From Minisyncoccota bacterium (GTDB lineage: Bacteria > Patescibacteriota > Minisyncoccia > Phycocordibacterales > UBA9973), in assembly GCA_031413715.1 (NCBI GenBank), contig JANOFO010000009.1:2718-66717 (forward strand): 64,000 bases of DNA. Reading direction: 5' to 3'. The notes beneath the pieces were generated by a model. It was not told the origin of the DNA. It was given only the letters and a program-made list of their open reading frames with translations, and did not search any database. Made by a program: the position numbers and the translations under genes. This document shows positions 57,847-64,000 of this stretch, in pieces; within the stretch, counting starts at the first letter, position 1, and every line of letters begins with the position of its first letter.

Positions 57847-58629
57847 CTAACCAATCGACTCACGTACAAATCGTACCAAAGTCGCACCCTTATCTGCAAG
57901 TAGCTTACCAACAGTTACATCAGGATTCTTTATGAATGATTGATCCATAAGTGTTTGTTCTTTGAAGTAAGTAGTTATTTTTCCTTCGAGCATTTTTTTC
58001 TTTATATCTTCAGATTTGTTCGATTCACCGACTTCCTTTTCAAAGACCTCGATTACTTTTTTCTTATCTTCTTCAGTTATATCATCACTTTTTGTAAATG
58101 CTGGCTTCATAGCTGCGATATGCATAGCGATATCTTTGGCAAGTTCAGATGTCCCGGCTGTAAGCGATACGATGACAGCGCTTTTACCGCCATGAACGTA
58201 TGCTCCGATAGTATCGCCAGTGACTTCCTCGACTCGGCCAAGTTCGATCTTCTCTCCTACTTTCTGAATCACAGGATTTATCATATCTCCAGCTCTTTCT
58301 TTCATCTTTCCTATTCCATCATTAAATGCAACTTGAGCAAGTTCCCGCGCGAGTTTTGTGAAGTCTTCATTTTTGGCAACGAAATCAGTTTCTGAATTTA
58401 GAGTAAGCAATAGCGCTCTGCCAATCTCTTCCATTACAACAATAGTACCATCATGCGCATCACGATCAGCTTTCTTCATCGCGATAGTACTTGATTTCTT
58501 TTTGAGTATTATCAAGGCTTTTTCCATATCGCCCTCTGCTTCCTCGAGTGCTGTTCGGCACTGCATTACAGAGACGCCAGTTGCATCTCTTAATTCTTTA
58601 ACTTGCTCTGCTGTGATTTTTGTAGACAT
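57847..58629 (-). CDS. tsf: Elongation factor Ts
   Basis: VKELRDATGVSVMQC, NSETDFVAKN, DIAMHIAAMKP. Confidence 0.96.
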   Translation of the reverse strand: MSTKITAEQVKELRDATGVSVMQCRTALEEAEGDMEKALIILKKKSSTIAMKKADRDAHDGTIVVMEEIGRALLLTLNSETDFVAKNEDFTKLARELAQVAFNDGIGKMKERAGDMINPVIQKVGEKIELGRVEEVTGDTIGAYVHGGKSAVIVSLTAGTSELAKDIAMHIAAMKPAFTKSDDITEEDKKKVIEVFEKEVGESNKSEDIKKKMLEGKITTYFKEQTLMDQSFIKNPDVTVGKLLADKGATLVRFVRESIG

Positions 58630-58684
58630 AATTTTTTAAATGTATTTAAGCAAAGTGGAGCTTATATATTATAAGTTAATATTT

Positions 58685-59377
58685 TTATTTTCCTGCAACA
58701 CCCTTTGTGTATGCATTCTTAACTGCTCTCACAAAAAAACTTATACTAGATACTGATGCGTCGTTGCCTACGATAGGGTGTTCTACTTGTTTTAGATTGC
58801 AGTCAGTATTGAGTAGGGCGATAACAGGAAGATTCATTTTGTGAGCTTCAGTTACTGCTATGTGTTCTTTCTTTGGATCAATGACAAATAGTACATCAGG
58901 AGTTTTGTTTATACCTGTAAGACCTTGGAAGTTCTTGGTCATATCTTCCATCTCACGGTCTATTAATAGGCGTTCTTTTTTAGTGTATTTATCAAGCTCG
59001 CCCTTTTCTTTCTGGTCGCGCCATTCGAGGAGCTTTGTAATGCGTTTTTTAATTTCTGGGAAATTTGTAAGAGATCCTCCAACCCAGCGTTCTGACACGT
59101 ACGGCATGTTTAGGGAAAGGGCTGCTTCTATCATTTGCTGACGCGCTTCGGCTTTTGTTCCTACGAATAGTATTGTCTTGCCGCTCGCTGCGAGCTTAGT
59201 AACTGTCTCTAGAACTTTCTCAAGCAGTTCGTATGACTTTTCAATATTAATAATGTCAACTCCATTTTTCGTTGCGAAAATATATGGAGTTGTAGACGGA
59301 TGACGGCGACTCTTTGAATATCCATAGTGCGCGCCATCTTTAAACATTTCTTCTATGATCTCGTTTTGTGTACTCAT
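58685..59377 (-). CDS. rpsB: 30S ribosomal protein S2
   Basis: GAHYG, ILFVGTK, RWVGGSLTN, NDAS. Confidence 0.96.
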   Translation of the reverse strand: MSTQNEIIEEMFKDGAHYGYSKSRRHPSTTPYIFATKNGVDIINIEKSYELLEKVLETVTKLAASGKTILFVGTKAEARQQMIEAALSLNMPYVSERWVGGSLTNFPEIKKRITKLLEWRDQKEKGELDKYTKKERLLIDREMEDMTKNFQGLTGINKTPDVLFVIDPKKEHIAVTEAHKMNLPVIALLNTDCNLKQVEHPIVGNDASVSSISFFVRAVKNAYTKGVAGK

Positions 59378-59384
59378 TTTTTAT

Positions 59385-59411
59385 CCAGCCACAAGTCGGA
59401 CTTGTGGCTGG
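59385..59411. repeat. Palindrome CCAGCCACAAGT-CGG-ACTTGTGGCTGG
   Basis: Core identical to 13924-13944 in reverse complement. Confidence 0.7.
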
Positions 59412-59514
59412 TCGGATTTAATTATAATTACCGCTTTCGAAGGCAGTACGCTCCGTTTTTAAGCATTCCAGCTAATCTACAAGGTGATAATTCTAATGTT
59501 AATTAAAAAAATCC

Positions 59515-59548
59515 CCGCCCGCCCCCGAGTATATTGAGGGCAGGCAGG
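59515..59548. repeat. REP-like palindrome ccgcccgccc...gggcaggcagg
   Basis: Same arm sequences as the element inside dnaG. Confidence 0.5.
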
Positions 59549-59641
59549 CCTCACGGAACATATGGCTATAGTACCAGAAAAACCATTGTTTTGCAAATGA
59601 TTATTTTTGACCGGGAGGGCAATTTAGGGTAGTATGGCAGT

Positions 59642-60901
59642 ATGACTATAGGCATGAAGCAAACGCAACTATTTACCAAAACAAAAAAGGAAAATCCAGC
59701 TGATGAAGTCTCGCTTAATGCCGAGCTTCTTATAAAGGCAGGTTTTATCCATAAGGAAATGGCTGGTGTGTATTCTTACCTGCCTCTCGGTCTAAAGGTT
59801 CTAAATAAAATCGAAACCATCATTCGCGAAGAGATGGACAATATCGGTGGAATCGAAATGCGGACATCAGTGTTGCAGAGCAAAGAAGTATGGGAGAAAT
59901 CAAATCGCTGGGATGATAAAGTAGTAGATAATTGGTTTAAAACACAATTTAAAAATGGTGGTGAGGTGGGCCTTTCTTTTACTAATGAAGAAGCTTATTC
60001 TAATATTTTAAAGCAATATGTAAGTTCATATAAAGATCTGCCAATTTATCCATACGATTTTAAAACTATTTTTCGGAACGAGATAAGGAGTAAATCTGGC
60101 ATTATGCGCGGAAGAGAATTCTACTGGAAAGCTCTCTATTCATTTTCTAAGAATGAAGCCGAGCATAATGAATTCTATGAAAAATCTAAAATAGCGTATA
60201 AAAATATTTTCCAAAAAGTTGGCATTGGCCATCTCACATATTTAACTTTTGCTTCTGGCGGGACTTTTTCAAAATTTTCTCATGAATTTCAGACAATTAC
60301 TTCTGCAGGTGAAGATACTATCTATATTGATGAGAGCAAAGCCATCGCAGTAAATAAAGAAGTCTACACTGATGAAATATTAGAAAATCTCGGATTTAAA
60401 AAAGAAAATTTAATAGAGAAAACTACTGTTGAGGTTGGAAATATTTTCTCTCTTGGCACGAAATTCTCAGCACCGTTTGATTTGAAATATAAAGACGAGA
60501 AGGGAGAAGAAAATTTGGTTATCATGGGATGCTATGGTATAGGTCTTGGTCGTCTTATGGGGACGGTTGTTGAGGTTCTCTCAGATGGTAAAGGAATAAT
60601 ATGGCCAGAGTCTATTGCTCCGTTCAAGATTCACCTGCTCGCACTTGGCGAAGATGAATCGATACACAAAGAAGCAAGCGATCTATATGCAGATCTAGTA
60701 GCAAAAGGTATAGAAGTGCTCTTTGATGATCGCCACGATGTGAATGCAGGAGAGAAGTTTGCAGATGCTGATTTGATAGGCATTCCTTACCGAGTTGTAG
60801 TATCAAAAAGAAGCTTGGCAGATGGGGGATACGAAATTAAAAAACGCACAGAAGAGGGTGGTAAAATTGTTAACAAAGAAGAATTGTTCGCTCAACTATA
60901 A
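59642..60901 (+). CDS. proS: Proline--tRNA ligase (short form, no editing domain)
   Basis: LIKAGFI...GVYSYLPLG, FRNEIR..GIMRGREF, EVGNIFSLG, MGCYGIG, GEKFADADLIG; start may be 59654. Confidence 0.95.
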   Translation: MTIGMKQTQLFTKTKKENPADEVSLNAELLIKAGFIHKEMAGVYSYLPLGLKVLNKIETIIREEMDNIGGIEMRTSVLQSKEVWEKSNRWDDKVVDNWFKTQFKNGGEVGLSFTNEEAYSNILKQYVSSYKDLPIYPYDFKTIFRNEIRSKSGIMRGREFYWKALYSFSKNEAEHNEFYEKSKIAYKNIFQKVGIGHLTYLTFASGGTFSKFSHEFQTITSAGEDTIYIDESKAIAVNKEVYTDEILENLGFKKENLIEKTTVEVGNIFSLGTKFSAPFDLKYKDEKGEENLVIMGCYGIGLGRLMGTVVEVLSDGKGIIWPESIAPFKIHLLALGEDESIHKEASDLYADLVAKGIEVLFDDRHDVNAGEKFADADLIGIPYRVVVSKRSLADGGYEIKKRTEEGGKIVNKEELFAQL

Positions 60902-60903
60902 AA

Positions 60904-61927
60904 ATGTTCAAAAAATTCTACAAAATGTTTTCCAACGATATCGGTATTGATCTTGGAACTGCCAACACGCTGGTCTATTTGAAAGGGCATGGTATTGTCA
61001 TCAATGAACCGTCAGTAGTTGTCGTCAATCAGAAGACTGGTCAGATCGTAGCAGTAGGAGCAGAAGCTAAAGAGATGCTCGGGCGTACGCCGGGCCACGT
61101 CCGCGCCGTGCGACCGATTGTCGATGGCGTCATCTCCGACTTTGAAGTAACAGAAGAAATGCTTTCATATCTGATCGGTAAAGCTGAGAAGATATCAAAG
61201 AAATTTATTCGACCTCGAGTGCTTCTAGGTGTGCCTACTGGAATTACAAATGTAGAGATACGCGCAGTTGAAGATGCTGCTCGCTCTGCAGGTGCTCGCG
61301 AAGTCTATATTGTTGAGGAACCGATGTCTGCCGCTGTCGGCATACGCCTTCCAGTCAAGGAAGCCATAGGTTCGGTTATTGTAGATATCGGTGGAGGCAC
61401 TACTGATATAGCGGTGATATCGCTCGGTGGCGTTGTACGATCCAAGAATTTGAAAATTGCTGGAGACTTGCTCAATACAAATATTGTAAACTATATGCGT
61501 GATGAATTTAAGCTCTTAATCGGTGAGAGAACTGCTGAGAATGTAAAGATTGCTATCGGTTCTGTCATAGAAGGGGATCATATGGAAGCTGAAGTTCGGG
61601 GAAGAGACTTAGTTACCGGATTACCTCGTCAAGTTATCATTACTGATTCTGATATTCGTGAGGCTATCATGCCGTCCGTGCTTAGCCTTATCGACGGCAT
61701 CAAGGAAGTCTTGGAAACTACCCCGCCTGAATTACTCTCCGATATTATGCACCGCGGACTTGTTTTATCAGGTGGTGGAGCTCTCATTCGTGGATTTGAT
61801 ACGTTGCTTGGGGAGGGGCTTAAGATTCCTATATATGTTGCAGAAGATCCTCTTACCGCTGTAGCAAGGGGAACAGGAGTGATAATGGATGATTTTGAGT
61901 CGTTTCGGGAAGTTTTAGTAAATACAG

Positions 61928-61950
<23 letters not shown>
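60904..61950 (+). CDS. mreB: Rod shape-determining protein MreB
   Basis: IGIDLGTANT, EPSVV, VDIGGGTT, IGERTAE, SGGGALI. Confidence 0.96.
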
Positions 61951-63939
<1,989 letters not shown>

Positions 63940-63971
63940 TCCTCTTGACGACTATGCTATTATAAATAGAG

Positions 63972-64000
63972 ATGTCTAAAGTATTCAAACTAAAAAGCGA
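63972..64000 (+). CDS. Start of next gene (MSKVFKLKS..., possibly UvrB)
   Basis: ATG 8 nt after an extended -10; only 9 codons visible. Confidence 0.3.

Overview
64 kb of a low-GC, compact chromosome that looks like Patescibacteria/CPR (Parcubacteria-like). Supporting traits are a NusB-NUDIX fusion, short SMC, many leaderless genes, an rpoB-rpoC-dnaG-rpoD block, and cohesin/dockerin and WxL-like surface clusters. TGA is used as stop. Core genes: gyrB, thrS, rpmF, nusB, rnc, smc, rnr, rpsP, khpA, trmD, rpoB, rpoC, dnaG, rpoD, tRNA-Thr(TGT), tsf, rpsB, proS, mreB, mreC, tgt. Most striking is an accessory island beside tRNA-Thr (about 49.4-57.2 kb) with no CRISPR array or core cas genes in the window. 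It has two nucleotidyltransferase-like multidomain proteins, a Csx3-associated-type P-loop ATPase fused to a NUDIX-like domain, a TrmB regulator and a stand-alone Csx3/Crn3-like gene. The csx3 transcript has a consensus promoter, boxA-like element, hairpin-occluded leader ORF, structured 3' RNA and a complete type III hammerhead ribozyme just before the terminator. Second, a 3-gene accessory operon (16.3-18.8 kb) has a boxA-like site and 5'/3' UTRs that can base-pair across 2.3 kb, bringing the first start and last stop codons together like an rRNA processing stalk. All calls are by-eye motif recognition; no searches or folding programs were run.
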